From assembly GCA_016699425.1 (NCBI GenBank), contig CP064975.1:789698-853697 (forward strand): a DNA stretch of 64,000 bases. Direction: 5' to 3'. The notes under the pieces are model-generated. The model made no database searches. It had not been told where the DNA came from and saw nothing but the letters and a program-made list of their open reading frames with translations. Within the stretch, counting starts at the first letter, position 1; each line of letters opens with the position of its first letter. Source of the stretch: Candidatus Moraniibacteriota bacterium. GTDB lineage: Bacteria > Patescibacteriota > Minisyncoccia > Moranbacterales > UBA1568. The position numbers were made by a program, and so were the translations under genes. This document shows positions 40,887-52,470 of this stretch, one piece after another.

Positions 40887-41216
40887 CTACATTTTGATCT
40901 CAATATCCACCCCCGCTGGCAAATCCAGATTTGTGAGGTTGTCGATCGTCTTTGCATTCGGGTTCAGGATATCGATGAGCCGCTTATGCACCCGCATCTC
41001 ATACTGATCGCGCGCATTCTTGTGGACGAACGTCGACCGATTGACCGTCACCTTGTGGATCTCGGTCGGGAGCGGAACTGGGCCAGTGATTTCGGCACCT
41101 GTTCGCTCTGCGGTTTCGACGATCTTCCGAGCCGACTGATCGATGACCTTGTGGTCATACGCCTTGATCTTGATGCGGACTCGCGTCGTCACTTCCTCTT
41201 TTTTCTTGGTAGCCAT
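40887..41216 (-). CDS. rpsJ: 30S ribosomal protein S10
   Basis: [28 protein letters not shown]; start 41216. Confidence 0.9.
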   Translation of the reverse strand: MATKKKEEVTTRVRIKIKAYDHKVIDQSARKIVETAERTGAEITGPVPLPTEIHKVTVNRSTFVHKNARDQYEMRVHKRLIDILNPNAKTIDNLTNLDLPAGVDIEIKM

Positions 41217-41287
41217 GATTGTGAATGAGTTCTTTTGAGAGAACAGTCCCCAGCGCCTCACGAGGTGCTGGGTCAGTTCCGTCAAAG

Positions 41288-42478
41288 TTACTTGATGATT
41301 TTTGTCGCGACACCGGCACCGACGGTACGACCACCTTCACGGATAGCAAAACGCATACCCTCTTCCATGGCGACCGGAGCGATGAGCACGATCTTGAGTT
41401 TCACCGTGTCACCTGGCATGACCATTTCCGTCCCCTCCGGGAGGATGACTTCGCCGGTCACATCCGTCGTCCGAATATAGAACTGCGGCTTGTAGCCTTT
41501 GAAGAACGGGGTGTGACGGCCGCCTTCTTCCTTGTTCAGGATATAGACTTCGCCCTCAAATTCAGTGTGCGGAGTGATTGATCCAGGCTTGGCCAACACC
41601 TGGCCGCGCTCGACGTCTTCCTTTTTGATACCCCGGATGAGGAGACCGGCGTTGTCACCTGCCTGGCCACGGTCGAGTTGCTTGTTGAACATCTCGATAC
41701 CGGTCACGACCGTCTTGGCTGTGTCACGGATACCGACGATTTCGACTTCTTCGTTGATATTGACGACCCCCCGCTCGATTCGGCCAGTGACGACGGTTCC
41801 ACGGCCTTCGATGGAGAAGATGTCTTCGATCGGCATGAGGAACGCCATTTCTGTGTCACGGACTGGTTCTGGGATACGCTCGTCAAGTGCCGCGACGAGG
41901 TCGAGGATCGGCTTGGCATCGGCGTCATCGATTGACTTGGACTCAAGTGCCTTCAGACCACTCCCACGAATGACCGCGGCATTGTCGCCATCGAAATCGT
42001 ACTTGGAAAGAAGTTCGCGGACTTCGGCTTCGACGAGGTCGATAAGCTCGGCATCGTCCACCATATCCACCTTATTGAGGAACACAACGATGTTCTTCAC
42101 ACCGACCTGGCTCGCCAAGAGGATATGCTCACGCGTCTGCGGCATCGGACCGTCTGTTGCAGACACAACGAGAATCGCACCGTCCATCTGGGCGGCACCA
42201 GTGATCATGTTCTTGATATAGTCCGCGTGGCCAGGACAGTCGACATGCGCGTAGTGGCGTTTGTCGGACTCGTACTCACAGTGAGACGTCGAGATAGTGA
42301 TACCGCGCTCCTTTTCCTCCGGCGCCTTGTCGATCTCGTCGACACCTTTTTCCTTGGCAAAGCCCTTCATGGAGAGCACGTGAAGGATGGCGGCCGTCGT
42401 GGTCGTCTTACCGTGGTCGACGTGACCGATCGTGCCGACGTTTACGTGCGGCTTAGTTCGCTGAAATTGCTCTGCCAT
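41288..42478 (-). CDS. tuf: elongation factor Tu
   Basis: [26 protein letters not shown]; ATG at 42478 (track ORF starts at upstream GTG). Confidence 0.95.
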   Translation of the reverse strand: MAEQFQRTKPHVNVGTIGHVDHGKTTTTAAILHVLSMKGFAKEKGVDEIDKAPEEKERGITISTSHCEYESDKRHYAHVDCPGHADYIKNMITGAAQMDGAILVVSATDGPMPQTREHILLASQVGVKNIVVFLNKVDMVDDAELIDLVEAEVRELLSKYDFDGDNAAVIRGSGLKALESKSIDDADAKPILDLVAALDERIPEPVRDTEMAFLMPIEDIFSIEGRGTVVTGRIERGVVNINEEVEIVGIRDTAKTVVTGIEMFNKQLDRGQAGDNAGLLIRGIKKEDVERGQVLAKPGSITPHTEFEGEVYILNKEEGGRHTPFFKGYKPQFYIRTTDVTGEVILPEGTEMVMPGDTVKLKIVLIAPVAMEEGMRFAIREGGRTVGAGVATKIIK

Positions 42479-42798
42479 ACTGTTGACTGACACCCGAAGC
42501 CGTCTTTGACGACTTTCTTGTGTACATCATTAAGTAAATGATTGATTACGAAAAATTTTTCATTTTCCTGGTCCGTCCTCACCAACAGACAAAAACGGCT
42601 CAGGAAAGCGTCAATCAGGATAATAGCAAGGAGAAAAAATCCTGTCAACCCCAGCACCCTTTCTACAAAAAAATAGTCCCTTCTTCGTGTTTATGCCGTG
42701 AAGTGGCTATGCCTTTTGTCTTCAAATTACTCGAGATTCTCCTCTGAAATGGTGCGGGGTCAAGTCCAGCCCTGTTTCACGCCGTAAACCAGTCTTCC

Positions 42799-43221
42799 TT
42801 AGTATTTTCCAAAGGCCTTCAGGAGCGCATCACGACATGCCTTGCCGTGTGGCGATCCAGGGAAACCAGCCATTCTCCCTTCTTTTATACTTCCATCCGG
42901 GAGAGAAATAGTCGCAATGATTGTGTACACTTCTAATTCATCGGGTGGCATATATTGAAACTGAGCAGCGGCACCGGACGCAAGCGTATTGAGTGTCTTG
43001 GCTATTGCTTTCTTATCAAATTCTGTCACAACAACTCCTCTCTCAAAGAAGAGGTCACCCCCTGTCTCTGCTTGAGATTCGGACGGGAGTGCCTCGAGTA
43101 CTGCACCCGCCGCCGCAGCACCCGCTACCTTTAGAAATGTCCGCCGACTCATAACCGCTTTATCTTCCGGGGAAAGTTCCTTTTCTGTTGGAGCCGAGGA
43201 CACGCTCTCAAAACCTAGCAT
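42799..43221 (-). CDS. Tat-signal exported hypothetical protein
   Basis: SRRTFLKVAGAAAAGA twin-arginine motif. Confidence 0.55.
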   Translation of the reverse strand: MLGFESVSSAPTEKELSPEDKAVMSRRTFLKVAGAAAAGAVLEALPSESQAETGGDLFFERGVVVTEFDKKAIAKTLNTLASGAAAQFQYMPPDELEVYTIIATISLPDGSIKEGRMAGFPGSPHGKACRDALLKAFGKY

Positions 43222-43749
43222 AAGGAGGATTTTAGAAATTATCTACTTTCCTTATTCTACACCTCTTTCAGGTTCAATATGAATAGCCCCCTCATCACTC
43301 CACATATCCAAGACCAGTGATGCCCTGATGGCCCTTCTGAGTGGGATTTCCTGATTATTCTTAAATGAAGATCCCGCGGCGGCTGATGCCACACGCGGGA
43401 TATCGGAATTTCTTGCTGACTTTAATCTGGAAGCTACTCGATGAACATCCCATAATAGCCATCGGGAGCCACGCGGAACTGATGCGGGGCTTGTTTCGCC
43501 CCTCCTTCATATCCCCACACATAGGACGTCCGGGGTACCCATTCTTCCGCCCTCACCAGCTTTCCGTACCGCGTACACTCCTCCCATTCCCTGTCAGGAG
43601 TAAAGACGTACACGCAGTACTGAACACCCGTTTCCGGATGCGCCATAAACGCCAGTGAGATCAAGGATCGATATGTGAGGCGTTGCCAGTGCTCCTTTCT
43701 CATGCGAGCGATGAGTGTGAAGAAAGACGCTGGATAAATCGGGACAGTA

Positions 43750-44954
43750 GTTACCGTTACCTTTTCAGTTGATAGTAGGACGCTTTTTTTCAAAAAGTTT
43801 TACTGCTTCTACGCCTAGTTTTACTAATGTCTCAGGCCAGCGAGCCTGTTTTTTGATACTCAAAGAGAGTGAAGGGTAACCGTTCAAATATTTAAATTTA
43901 GCTTCACAATCTGTAAAAGGCTTGGTTCTCCTCCGTATCATCCACGCATTCAACCAACACTGAGCCGAAGCAAAACTCTGAAAACCCTTGATCGTCTTCA
44001 GCCTCCCATTGAGATGGGAATTGTAGAGTTCAATGAGATTGGTGTTGTTGGGACAGCCTGGCAGCAGCAAGTAATTGAAGAGTTCCTCCTGCCGGTACGC
44101 TATCTCACTTACGATGTTTTTGAGCAGACGTTTCTCTCTCTTGATGCTCGCGGCAAAAGATCGAATGGCGTTCGTCACATCCTCTCGTTCTCCAAACACG
44201 CTCTCCTTGAGAGCGTAAAAGAAGGGCCGGTATCGCTCTTCACTCCGCACCCGTAAAGCCACCCGGATATTCTCCAGGTAGTGGTTGTGGCAGAGCTGCA
44301 GCCGAGCCGACGGAAAAACCTTCAGGAGAGCCTTTTTCAGGCCAGAGCGGTCATCGGCGACCACGATCTGAAGATCATAGCCAAGTTGCTTCACTTGATG
44401 GAAGAAACGTGAGAAGGACACCTCATCTTCCGCTGTATACAAAGCCCCGAAGGGAATATCGTGGGTCAAGTAATCAATGCCGTAGAGAAAAGGAATCTTT
44501 CTCGCAAAGCCTTTGACCGCCACATACTTCCCATCCATGACAAGGATGCCCGAGAAGCGTCTCGGGTCACAGAGGGTTTGCGTCAGAGCGTCATTGGAAG
44601 GAAGTTGTGCTAATTCTCTTGTAACTCTCACGAAGGCTTGTTTTCCCGAGAGACCATATTCATCTCCTAATTTACGAAACGGTACCCCATCAATATGCTC
44701 GATCCACAGCAGTCTCGGATCATGCCCGAAGTAACGAGAAAAAGAATGTTCACAAGCACGACACAGGTAGTGATGGCTGTAGCCTTGGGAGCCATTCTTC
44801 ACCGTCTCACGACTGCTGCAGCGGGGACAGTGACGTGACCATTTTTTTTGACATGCTGAATGAAATTTAAGGCTTAAAGTCAACTTTACAGCCGGTTTGA
44901 GGCTCTAGTCTAACAAGAACAACACTTTCCATCAACTGAAAAGGTAACGGTATC
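43750..44954 (-). mobile_element. IS element (IS1/IS1595-like) with 24-bp terminal inverted repeats and 9-bp target-site duplication
   Basis: IRL 43750-43773 G[T]TACCGTTACCTTTTCAGTTGAT, IRR 44931-44954 reverse complement (1 mismatch); TSD GGGACAGTA at 43741-43749 and 44955-44963. Confidence 0.8.
43765..44883 (-). CDS. DDE transposase with N-terminal zinc ribbon
   Basis: CPRCSSRETVKNGSQGYSHHYLCRACEHSFS resembles IS1 InsA / IS1595 zinc finger; fills the IS. Confidence 0.7.
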   Translation of the reverse strand: MTLSLKFHSACQKKWSRHCPRCSSRETVKNGSQGYSHHYLCRACEHSFSRYFGHDPRLLWIEHIDGVPFRKLGDEYGLSGKQAFVRVTRELAQLPSNDALTQTLCDPRRFSGILVMDGKYVAVKGFARKIPFLYGIDYLTHDIPFGALYTAEDEVSFSRFFHQVKQLGYDLQIVVADDRSGLKKALLKVFPSARLQLCHNHYLENIRVALRVRSEERYRPFFYALKESVFGEREDVTNAIRSFAASIKREKRLLKNIVSEIAYRQEELFNYLLLPGCPNNTNLIELYNSHLNGRLKTIKGFQSFASAQCWLNAWMIRRRTKPFTDCEAKFKYLNGYPSLSLSIKKQARWPETLVKLGVEAVKLFEKKRPTIN

Positions 44955-45476
44955 GGGACAGTACGGCCGTCAGAAAACCTATCGGTCGTTACCTGCACGT
45001 AATAGTCACCGGCCACTGCTCCGTTAAAGCGATCTCGCACGCTTACAACGCATGTCTCTGCAGCGGGCAGCTGGTTATGTTTCACCAGTACATCCAGCAG
45101 GGCCACATCGGCGGCACTGAACGTAATTCCCGCCAAGGTAATCAAATCAGCGAGACTCCCCTGAAGACCCACGAAAGGCTCGATCAAATAGTCGCCAGAC
45201 GACATAGCAGCTCTCCCTCTTGGTTGGTGGTAAGGTTCTTCCCGTTCCGTAGTTTTACGGAAGTGCAAGATATCATAAAACTATTTCTCTAGGCAAACGC
45301 CCCACGCGTCCAAGAGAATCAAACAACTTTTTCGTACGAGTCAGAAATGCCCCCATTACAAAAAACTCGTCCTTTTTAATGAGCTCCCGACCTTGTCGGG
45401 CAGCAGGAGAGAGGCGATGTAAAAGCCCGGGAAGGACCCGGGCTTTTACGTACGCTGACTCAAATTTGCTGGAAAA

Positions 45477-47585
45477 TTATTTCTCTTCTTTGGCCGCTCC
45501 ACCCGTCTTGGCACCCATGATTTCTTCCGCCACGTTCCGTGGGACTTCCGCATAGTGAGCGAATTCCATGGAGTAGCTCGCCCGGCCCTGACTCATCGAG
45601 CGCATTTGAGTCGCATAGCCGAACATGCTGGCGAGCGGAACTTCGGCCGTTACTTCCTTCACACGCGCATTGCCCTCGCCCCGGTCGGTCATTTCCTTGA
45701 TGATGCCACGCTTCGCATTCAGGTCGCCGACGATATCGCCCATGAAGCTCTCTGGCATAATAACGGCGACTTTCATGATCGGCTCGAGGATGATCGGCTT
45801 GGCGCGCCGCATTGCCTCCTTGAAGGCAAGCGAACCGGCGATCTTGAACGCCGCTTCGGATGAGTCGACGTCGTGGAATGATCCGTCATAGACCGTCGCC
45901 TTCACATCGACGACCGGATAACCCGCCAAGACACCCGTCTGGGTCGCCTCTTCGATGCCCTTGTTGATCGGCTTGATGAATTCCTGTGGGATGACACCGC
46001 CTTTGGTCTCGTCGAAGAATTCATAGCCCTTACCCTGCTCATTCGGCTCGAGCCGGATCCAACAATGGCCGTACTGCCCGCGACCACCCGACTGACGGAC
46101 ATACTTGCCTTCGGCTTGAGCCATCTCACGAATTGTTTCACGATAAGCGACCTGCGGTCGACCGACATTCACTTCGACTTTGAATTCGCGACGCATGCGA
46201 TCGACGATGATATCGAGGTGCAGCTCGCCCATACCCGAGAGGATAGTCTGGCCCGAGTCTTCATCCGTGTGAACGCGGAAGGTCGGATCTTCTTCGGAAA
46301 GTTTCTTTAAGGCAACGCCCATCTTTTCCTGATCAGCCTTCGTCTTCGGTTCGACTGCGATATCGATGACCGGCTCCGGAAAGACAATGTTTTCGAGAAT
46401 CACCGGCGCTTCTGGATCACACAGCGTATCACCGGTCATGGTCGCCTTCATCCCAACGAGGGCACCGATATCACCAGCTGCGAGATCTTCGATGTCCTCA
46501 CGATGATTAGCATGCATCCGGAGGATACGACCGATTCGTTCCTTTTCATTTTTTGTGGAATTGAGGACATACGATCCAGCCTTGACCGTACCGGAATAGA
46601 CACGGAAAAAGGTGAGCTGGCCGACGAATGGGTCGGTCGCGACCTTGAACGCGAGCGCGGAAAATTTTTCGTTGTCGTCAGTCTTGCGCTCCACTTCCTG
46701 CTCGGTCTTGGCATCGATGCCCGTAACTGGTGGAATATCGACGGGTGACGGGAGATAATCGACGACCGCATCGAGCACGAGCTGAACGCCTTTGTTGCGG
46801 AGCGCCGTCCCCGTCATGACCGGATGGAGTCGGACCTCGATGGTTGCCTTACGCAGAGCCGCCTTCAGTTCCGGCACAGAGATTTCAACCCCCGAGAGGA
46901 ATTTCTCGGTCAGCGCATCATCGCTCTCGGCGATCTTTTCCACCATTTTCTCGCGCCACTCTTTGGCCTTCTCGGCGTATTCAGCCGGGACCTCGCTTTC
47001 AATTACCTTCTCACCCATCTCCCCTTCAAAGGTATAGGCCTTCATGGTCATGAGGTCGATGAGACCGTAAAAGTCCCCACGGAGGCCGAGCGGATACTGG
47101 ATCGCGACCGCGTTCGGCGTAAGACGATTCCAAATAGACGTCAATGCATCTTCGAAGACAGCCCCTTCCTTGTCGATCTTGTTGATGAAACACATGCGCG
47201 GCACTTTGTATTTTTCCGCCTGGCGCCAGACCGTCTCGGACTGCGGCTCCACGCCTTCCTTGCCATCGAACACAACCACACCACCGTCGAGGACACGGAG
47301 AGAGCGTTCCACTTCTACCGTAAAGTCCACATGTCCGGGTGTGTCGATGATATTGATATGGTGGTCCTTCCAGTAGCACGTCGTCGCGGCGCTGGTGATG
47401 GTGATACCACGCTCCCGCTCCTGCTCCATCCAGTCCATGGTCGCCTCACCTTCGTGCACCTCGCCGATCTTGTGCGTGATGCCAGTGTAGAAGAGGATAC
47501 GCTCAGTCGTCGTCGTCTTACCGGCGTCGATGTGCGCGATGATACCAATATTGCGATACTTCTCGATGGCGATTTTACGGGGCAT
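45477..47585 (-). CDS. fusA: elongation factor G
   Basis: [23 protein letters not shown], full five-domain length. Confidence 0.95.
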   Translation of the reverse strand: MPRKIAIEKYRNIGIIAHIDAGKTTTTERILFYTGITHKIGEVHEGEATMDWMEQERERGITITSAATTCYWKDHHINIIDTPGHVDFTVEVERSLRVLDGGVVVFDGKEGVEPQSETVWRQAEKYKVPRMCFINKIDKEGAVFEDALTSIWNRLTPNAVAIQYPLGLRGDFYGLIDLMTMKAYTFEGEMGEKVIESEVPAEYAEKAKEWREKMVEKIAESDDALTEKFLSGVEISVPELKAALRKATIEVRLHPVMTGTALRNKGVQLVLDAVVDYLPSPVDIPPVTGIDAKTEQEVERKTDDNEKFSALAFKVATDPFVGQLTFFRVYSGTVKAGSYVLNSTKNEKERIGRILRMHANHREDIEDLAAGDIGALVGMKATMTGDTLCDPEAPVILENIVFPEPVIDIAVEPKTKADQEKMGVALKKLSEEDPTFRVHTDEDSGQTILSGMGELHLDIIVDRMRREFKVEVNVGRPQVAYRETIREMAQAEGKYVRQSGGRGQYGHCWIRLEPNEQGKGYEFFDETKGGVIPQEFIKPINKGIEEATQTGVLAGYPVVDVKATVYDGSFHDVDSSEAAFKIAGSLAFKEAMRRAKPIILEPIMKVAVIMPESFMGDIVGDLNAKRGIIKEMTDRGEGNARVKEVTAEVPLASMFGYATQMRSMSQGRASYSMEFAHYAEVPRNVAEEIMGAKTGGAAKEEK

Positions 47586-47690
47586 ACTTTGTTTAACCTA
47601 CAACTTACGACTTACGACCAACAACTCCTGAATCATCCCTTACCTCTCTTTGTTCTGTTGTGGGTTATGGGTTGTCGGTTGTTGGTTAGC

Positions 47691-48158
47691 TTACGCGAAA
47701 TGAGCGAAGGCCTTGTTGGCTTCGGCCATGCGGTGCGTCTCATCGCGTTTCTTCATCGCCGAACCAATCTTGTTCGAAGCATCGATCAGCTCATCGGCGA
47801 GCTTGTTGGCCATCGACTTTCCCTTGCGGTTACGGCAAGCATCGCGGATCCAGCGCATAGCGAGGACTTGGCGCCGTTCGCCCGAAACTGGAACTGGGAC
47901 CTGATAGTTGGCCCCACCGACACGACGGCTCTTCAATTGGAGCAACGGCGCGACATTCTTGATGGCCTGCTCAAAAGTGTTGAGACCGGCTTTTTTGGTC
48001 CGCTCGGCGATGATATCAAACGCATCATAGATGATCCGTTCGGCCGTACTCTTCTTGCCCGCCCACATGATCATCCCGACAAAATGCCCCACGAGCGGGT
48101 TCCCGAAACGGGCATCCGCCTTCCATTCCTTATCAAACTGTCGTTTTCTCCGTGGCAT
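47691..48158 (-). CDS. rpsG: 30S ribosomal protein S7
   Basis: conserved S7 blocks. Confidence 0.95.
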   Translation of the reverse strand: MPRRKRQFDKEWKADARFGNPLVGHFVGMIMWAGKKSTAERIIYDAFDIIAERTKKAGLNTFEQAIKNVAPLLQLKSRRVGGANYQVPVPVSGERRQVLAMRWIRDACRNRKGKSMANKLADELIDASNKIGSAMKKRDETHRMAEANKAFAHFA

Positions 48159-48270
48159 AGTTGTCGAGCTTCTTAGGTAATAGTAAGTAGCTTGTAGCGG
48201 ACTCTCAAAAAATTTTCTTCCCTTCTCTCTAATAAGCTACCAGCTACGAGCCACTAGCTCTCGAGAGAAT

Positions 48271-48714
48271 TTAGTCTTTCTTCTTCTCCTTCTTGGCACC
48301 GTACTTGGAGCGGCTCTGCTTGCGAGTATTCACCCCAGCGGCGTCAAAGATCCCACGCACGACGTGATACCGCACACCCGGCAAGTCCTTCACCCGGCCG
48401 CCGCGGATCATGACGATTGAGTGCTCCTGGAGATTGTGACCTTCACCACCGATATAGGCAGTGACTTCCATACCATTGGTCAGGCGGACACGGGCGATCT
48501 TGCGCAAGGCTGAGTTCGGCTTCTTCGGAGTCATCGTCGTCACCTTCAGACACACACCACGCTTGTACGGGCTATCGGTCTTGGTGATGCGGTTCTTGAC
48601 CGTATTGATGACGAAGGTCATCGCCGGAGACTTAGATTTCTTCCGAGCAGTCTTGCGGGGACGCTTGATGAGTTGGTTGATCGTGGCCACAGCAGAGATT
48701 TCGTTATGAGACAA
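48271..48714 (-). CDS. rpsL: 30S ribosomal protein S12 (short N-terminal extension)
   Basis: [11 protein letters not shown]...[10 protein letters not shown]. Confidence 0.9.
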   Translation of the reverse strand: MSHNEISAVATINQLIKRPRKTARKKSKSPAMTFVINTVKNRITKTDSPYKRGVCLKVTTMTPKKPNSALRKIARVRLTNGMEVTAYIGGEGHNLQEHSIVMIRGGRVKDLPGVRYHVVRGIFDAAGVNTRKQSRSKYGAKKEKKKD

Positions 48715-48869
48715 ACAAAAAAAGACTAGGTGTCGAATGTGGAGCCAGTGTATCGGATGAGGAGGGGCTTGTCAAGATAGCCAAAAGTTAGCCCACGAGG
48801 AGGAACCCGCTCATTGATTGGTCCCGTGTTCCCCCTCCTCTCACTCGGGGTCTGCCGGTTCTTGCCACT

Positions 48870-49595
48870 CTAATGTGTGAACCCTAGGAACAGATTCAGG
48901 AAGAATCCGATAATCATCGAGATGAGGTGGCTCGTCGGGGGGAAAATAAGCAAAAGAATCAGGAAAAAGAACCCGTATTGTTGGAAGAAAAATTGGGTCT
49001 TCTCCTTGATCGGAAAGAGGGTAAAGAGCAATCTCGATCCGTCAAGCGGGGGAAACGGTAACAGATTGAAACATCCGAGAACGATATTCCAAAAGATCAC
49101 AAAGAGGAGCAGCCCGAAGGTAATGCCAGGCAATGATCCTGCCATCGCATCGGCCAGAAAACCGAAACGTTCGAAGAAACCATCCCCACCGCGGATGACG
49201 ATAGAAAATCGGTTAAGAATATCGATCTTTGCAATGGACGAAAGAGGCAAGACAGCCGCCATGACAGCCGCTACCCCCGCAATCAGGAAGTTCGAGAAAG
49301 GACCAGCGAGTGCGACCATGAGCGGTCCCCACTTCTGATCGCGCAGATTGTAGGGGTTATACGGCACCGGTTTGGCATAGCCGAACGCGAAACCAGTCGG
49401 GATGAGGAGGAGTGGGATGAGGATGGAACCGACCGGATCGATGTGACTGATCGGGTTCAGCGACAACCGTCCCTCGTATTTCGCCGTCAAGTCTCCCAGC
49501 CAGAGCGCCACGAACCCATGTGACACTTCATGCAAGATAATCGAGTAGAGGAGAATCGAAAAATAGAACGCGATCAAGACTATTTCGTTCGACAT
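48870..49595 (-). CDS. site-2 protease family (peptidase M50) membrane metalloprotease
   Basis: HEVSHG zinc motif and LLPFPPLDGSR. Confidence 0.85.
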   Translation of the reverse strand: MSNEIVLIAFYFSILLYSIILHEVSHGFVALWLGDLTAKYEGRLSLNPISHIDPVGSILIPLLLIPTGFAFGYAKPVPYNPYNLRDQKWGPLMVALAGPFSNFLIAGVAAVMAAVLPLSSIAKIDILNRFSIVIRGGDGFFERFGFLADAMAGSLPGITFGLLLFVIFWNIVLGCFNLLPFPPLDGSRLLFTLFPIKEKTQFFFQQYGFFFLILLLIFPPTSHLISMIIGFFLNLFLGFTH

Positions 49596-49786
49596 ATGGC
49601 AGAAAAATTAAGCAGTTCGAATAAAGAATATGGATCAGAAAGAATTCCCATGGCCAGACAAAACAGACAAAAACCACTGGCTCCGGCGCTTGCTAAAACT
49701 ATAATACCATGCTAGACTCTCGAGTACTGTGCTTCCTCGTATCGAACCATAATTCTCAATTCATCATTCTTGATTCTATCCATCGT

Positions 49787-49963
49787 ATGAGCCGCGTCTG
49801 CCAACTTTCCGGCCGGGGGACCCAAACCGGTAACAAGATCAGTCATTCCAAGCGCCACACCCGCCGCACGTTTGCGATCAATTTGCAAACCAAGCACATC
49901 GGTGGCATGAAGCTGCGCCTCTCGACCCGCGCCATCCGCACCCTGGCCAAGTCCGCCGCCTAG
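49787..49963 (+). CDS. rpmB: 50S ribosomal protein L28
   Basis: [34 protein letters not shown]; internal Met of track ORF 49709..49963. Confidence 0.8.
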   Translation: MSRVCQLSGRGTQTGNKISHSKRHTRRTFAINLQTKHIGGMKLRLSTRAIRTLAKSAA

Positions 49964-50180
49964 GGGCTGATGCCGATGATGTAGAATCAATCCGCTCCGG
50001 CGGATTTTTTCATAGCTCTTGACAGTGTTTGATGCGAGTAGCATGATGGCCAGGTTGGTCCGGTTACCCAATCTGACGCTTGGCACTCAACCGAGTGAAC
50101 CAAGGAAAGATTTCGTGACAAGATCACCAAGATCTTCGCTACTTAACAACTCAACTACCCCACCCAGGAGAATTTGCATC

Positions 50181-50816
50181 ATGCCGATGAGCTTCTGTTC
50201 TGCCGACGATCTCGCGCTCCTGAAGGAGCTCAGCGCTACCGTGGCGCTTATCCCTTTCGACGGGACCCGTTTCCAACACTACCAGGCCTGCGGGCTCTGC
50301 TCCGATGGAAGCCGCTTTCACATGAAGGGCTATTTCCCGGCGCTCTGCCAACAAAACGGCGGAGGCGATTCGATGATGTTCGAATACAAGACGCACGGCA
50401 CTGCCATGTGCTTTGGCTTGGAAAGTCCGCTCTCGCCAGATGACATCTGGTGGCGCGCCTACTTGCCGAAGTTTCGGCACGCTCAGGATGTGGCTGGCGG
50501 GCAAATCAAGCAGTTCAATTTCGTCCACCACTGGCCCTGCCGCGCCGCGCTCGACGAGGGTATTTCCCTGGAGCATTCCATCCTACTCGCCCTCATGAGC
50601 AAGACTCGGCTGAAACGCGCGGGTGTCTTCCCTGAAGTGGCTATCCTGATGTGGGCCGACACTGCTCCCGGCCACCATGAACTGTCACGAGTCAAAATCG
50701 ACCCGTATATCCAGTGGATGACCGCGCATCGTCCCGGGCTGCTCCCGCTCTGGCAACGCCACGATCAGCTTCTGGCGCTCGAATTGCCCGGATCGAAGCT
50801 TCAAGCAGCAGCCTAG
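50181..50816 (+). CDS. Cys-containing hypothetical protein
   Basis: ATG 50181 with AGGAG 11 nt upstream; upstream TTG start less likely. Confidence 0.4.
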   Translation: MPMSFCSADDLALLKELSATVALIPFDGTRFQHYQACGLCSDGSRFHMKGYFPALCQQNGGGDSMMFEYKTHGTAMCFGLESPLSPDDIWWRAYLPKFRHAQDVAGGQIKQFNFVHHWPCRAALDEGISLEHSILLALMSKTRLKRAGVFPEVAILMWADTAPGHHELSRVKIDPYIQWMTAHRPGLLPLWQRHDQLLALELPGSKLQAAA

Positions 50817-50913
50817 CCTCCAAGACGAGACACGAACCAGACACTATGAAGACACCAACCGATCAACGATCGGACGGTGTTCTTTTTTTATCCAACCGAA
50901 ATACAACAAGATG

Positions 50914-51468
50914 CTACACTGCTGACAGTGAGACTCCAGCTGGCGGAGTTTGAGAATCCAGAGATTTGCTTTTGAGAAAGATCCAGACACCGGCCGCCGT
51001 GAGCCCAGTGAAGGCGATGAGAGACCAGTCAGCGATCGAAAGCCCGATGAGCGTCCAATCAACCGTCGCGCAATTCCCCGTCCCACCGAGCGCAAAGACG
51101 ACATCATCGATGAATGATCCGAAAGAGACCGCGCAACCCTCAGTGGCATCGTGGGCGACCGGAAAGCGCTGTAGTATGACATTGCGAAACGCTACCAGCC
51201 AGCCGAGGAAAGCAAAGACAGCAACCACCGCGCCGGACACGCGCACACTGAAGCGTGGCCACCAGGCCATGTATCCCACGAGTGCCGAGAGGCCGACCAA
51301 AGCATAGCCGAAACGCTGGACGATGCAGAGCGGACAGGGAGTGAGTCCGATCACCCGGACGAGAATCATGGCAAAGATGAGAAGTGCTGCGCAATACAGC
51401 GCGATGAGGAGGAGGAGCGTCTTCGGGTTACGGAGCGCTTCAAGCCCCTTCGAAACAATTCGGTTCAT
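50914..51468 (-). CDS. disulfide bond formation protein B-like (DsbB family)
   Basis: 4 TM, CPLC pair in first loop and second Cys pair (GCAV...GNCAT) in second loop. Confidence 0.7.
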   Translation of the reverse strand: MNRIVSKGLEALRNPKTLLLLIALYCAALLIFAMILVRVIGLTPCPLCIVQRFGYALVGLSALVGYMAWWPRFSVRVSGAVVAVFAFLGWLVAFRNVILQRFPVAHDATEGCAVSFGSFIDDVVFALGGTGNCATVDWTLIGLSIADWSLIAFTGLTAAGVWIFLKSKSLDSQTPPAGVSLSAV

Positions 51469-51583
51469 AAATAAATCGACACAGATGAACGTATACCCCT
51501 ATAAGTATAGCAGCCAAAGGAACTGAAAAAGAAGAGGTGGCCCGGAATCATCAGGGTCACCTATCTCAGGAAAGCTAGTAATC

Positions 51584-51916
51584 TCAGCGTCGCTGCGCTA
51601 TCTCCGCATAAAAAAGCAGTGCGAGTGCAGCGATTACGCTCATCTGTAAGGCTGGCCCAAGCAGACCAATTAGGTCAGCAGGCGCTTCTCCTCGTGGATA
51701 GAGTATCGCCAAAAGGAGGACACCGTTATAGGCCACTGCATACTTCAGTAGCTGATCAGCGTCCTGAGAACAGAAAACGGTTTTAAGTCGGCTCCAGGAA
51801 CGGGCTATAAACTTCGGCCCAAACCGGGTTTCAATCAAGATCACGATCAGCACCGTGACCAGAACCATTATAATGCCGATCACCAACACGGCAAAGAGTT
51901 GCCAGAGACTGACCAT
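51584..51916 (-). CDS. hypothetical membrane protein
   Basis: 3 predicted TM helices. Confidence 0.4.
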   Translation of the reverse strand: MVSLWQLFAVLVIGIIMVLVTVLIVILIETRFGPKFIARSWSRLKTVFCSQDADQLLKYAVAYNGVLLLAILYPRGEAPADLIGLLGPALQMSVIAALALLFYAEIAQRR

Positions 51917-52111
51917 GATGGACCTCCAATATGTGGTCAGGTTGAGGAAAAGAACGTAGCTCTAGGATAACACAGCCCACTACCACTTTACAGTGTTTCT
52001 GTCAAGTTTTACTGATTGATGACACCAGTCTTATGGCTTTAAATAGCAATAAACTAAACACAGTTGGAAATCTCCCATCCAAGAAAAAGTTTCTATTTAC
52101 CCATTCTCCTA

Positions 52112-52342
52112 TTACATCGCCGACGCTGAGCTTTCAGACGCACACATGCGGCAATTCGCCTTGTGTGTCGCGAGCTCAAAGATCGCTGACGCACCGACGA
52201 GCACATATACCACCTTGGCAAGCATCGATGACATACCACCGAGGAGACTGGCGACGAGATCTGTCTCGAGCAATCCGACCGAGAGCCAGTTCAGCCCACC
52301 CACGACCAAGAGCAAAAACGCGACCATGTGAAGTTGTTTCAT
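52112..52342 (-). CDS. DUF378 family membrane protein
   Basis: VGGLNWLSVGL...YVLVGASAIFEL. Confidence 0.7.
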   Translation of the reverse strand: MKQLHMVAFLLLVVGGLNWLSVGLLETDLVASLLGGMSSMLAKVVYVLVGASAIFELATHKANCRMCASESSASAM

Positions 52343-52470
52343 AAGAATAGTATTAGATTGAATAGGTCTAGTACGTAGAGACCGACCGAAGGCTAATCCC
52401 TCCCTACGCCCCTATTGTACTCCTGAAAACTTCCTTTTTGGATTTTCCGTCAAGCACAGTCCGAGAAAAG

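Larger units (their letters stand above)
43434..45268 (-). pseudogene. hypothetical gene (about 208 codons) disrupted by IS insertion
   Basis: ORFs 44867..45268 and 43434..43793 are in the same frame across the duplicated target GGGACAGTA (encoding T-V-P in both halves); joins to ...FSDGRTVPIYPASFF... Confidence 0.6.

Noticed and set aside
40718-40957. 79-aa minus-strand ORF in the rpsJ-rplC spacer
   Set aside because: Its N-terminus overlaps the 3' end of rpsJ in another frame. Likely spurious, so the spacer is treated as noncoding.
46824-48176. 450-aa plus-strand ORF
   Set aside because: Antisense to fusA and rpsG. No motifs.
49712-50086. 124-aa minus-strand ORF
   Set aside because: Overlaps the plus-strand L28 gene, which has an unmistakable rpmB signature.
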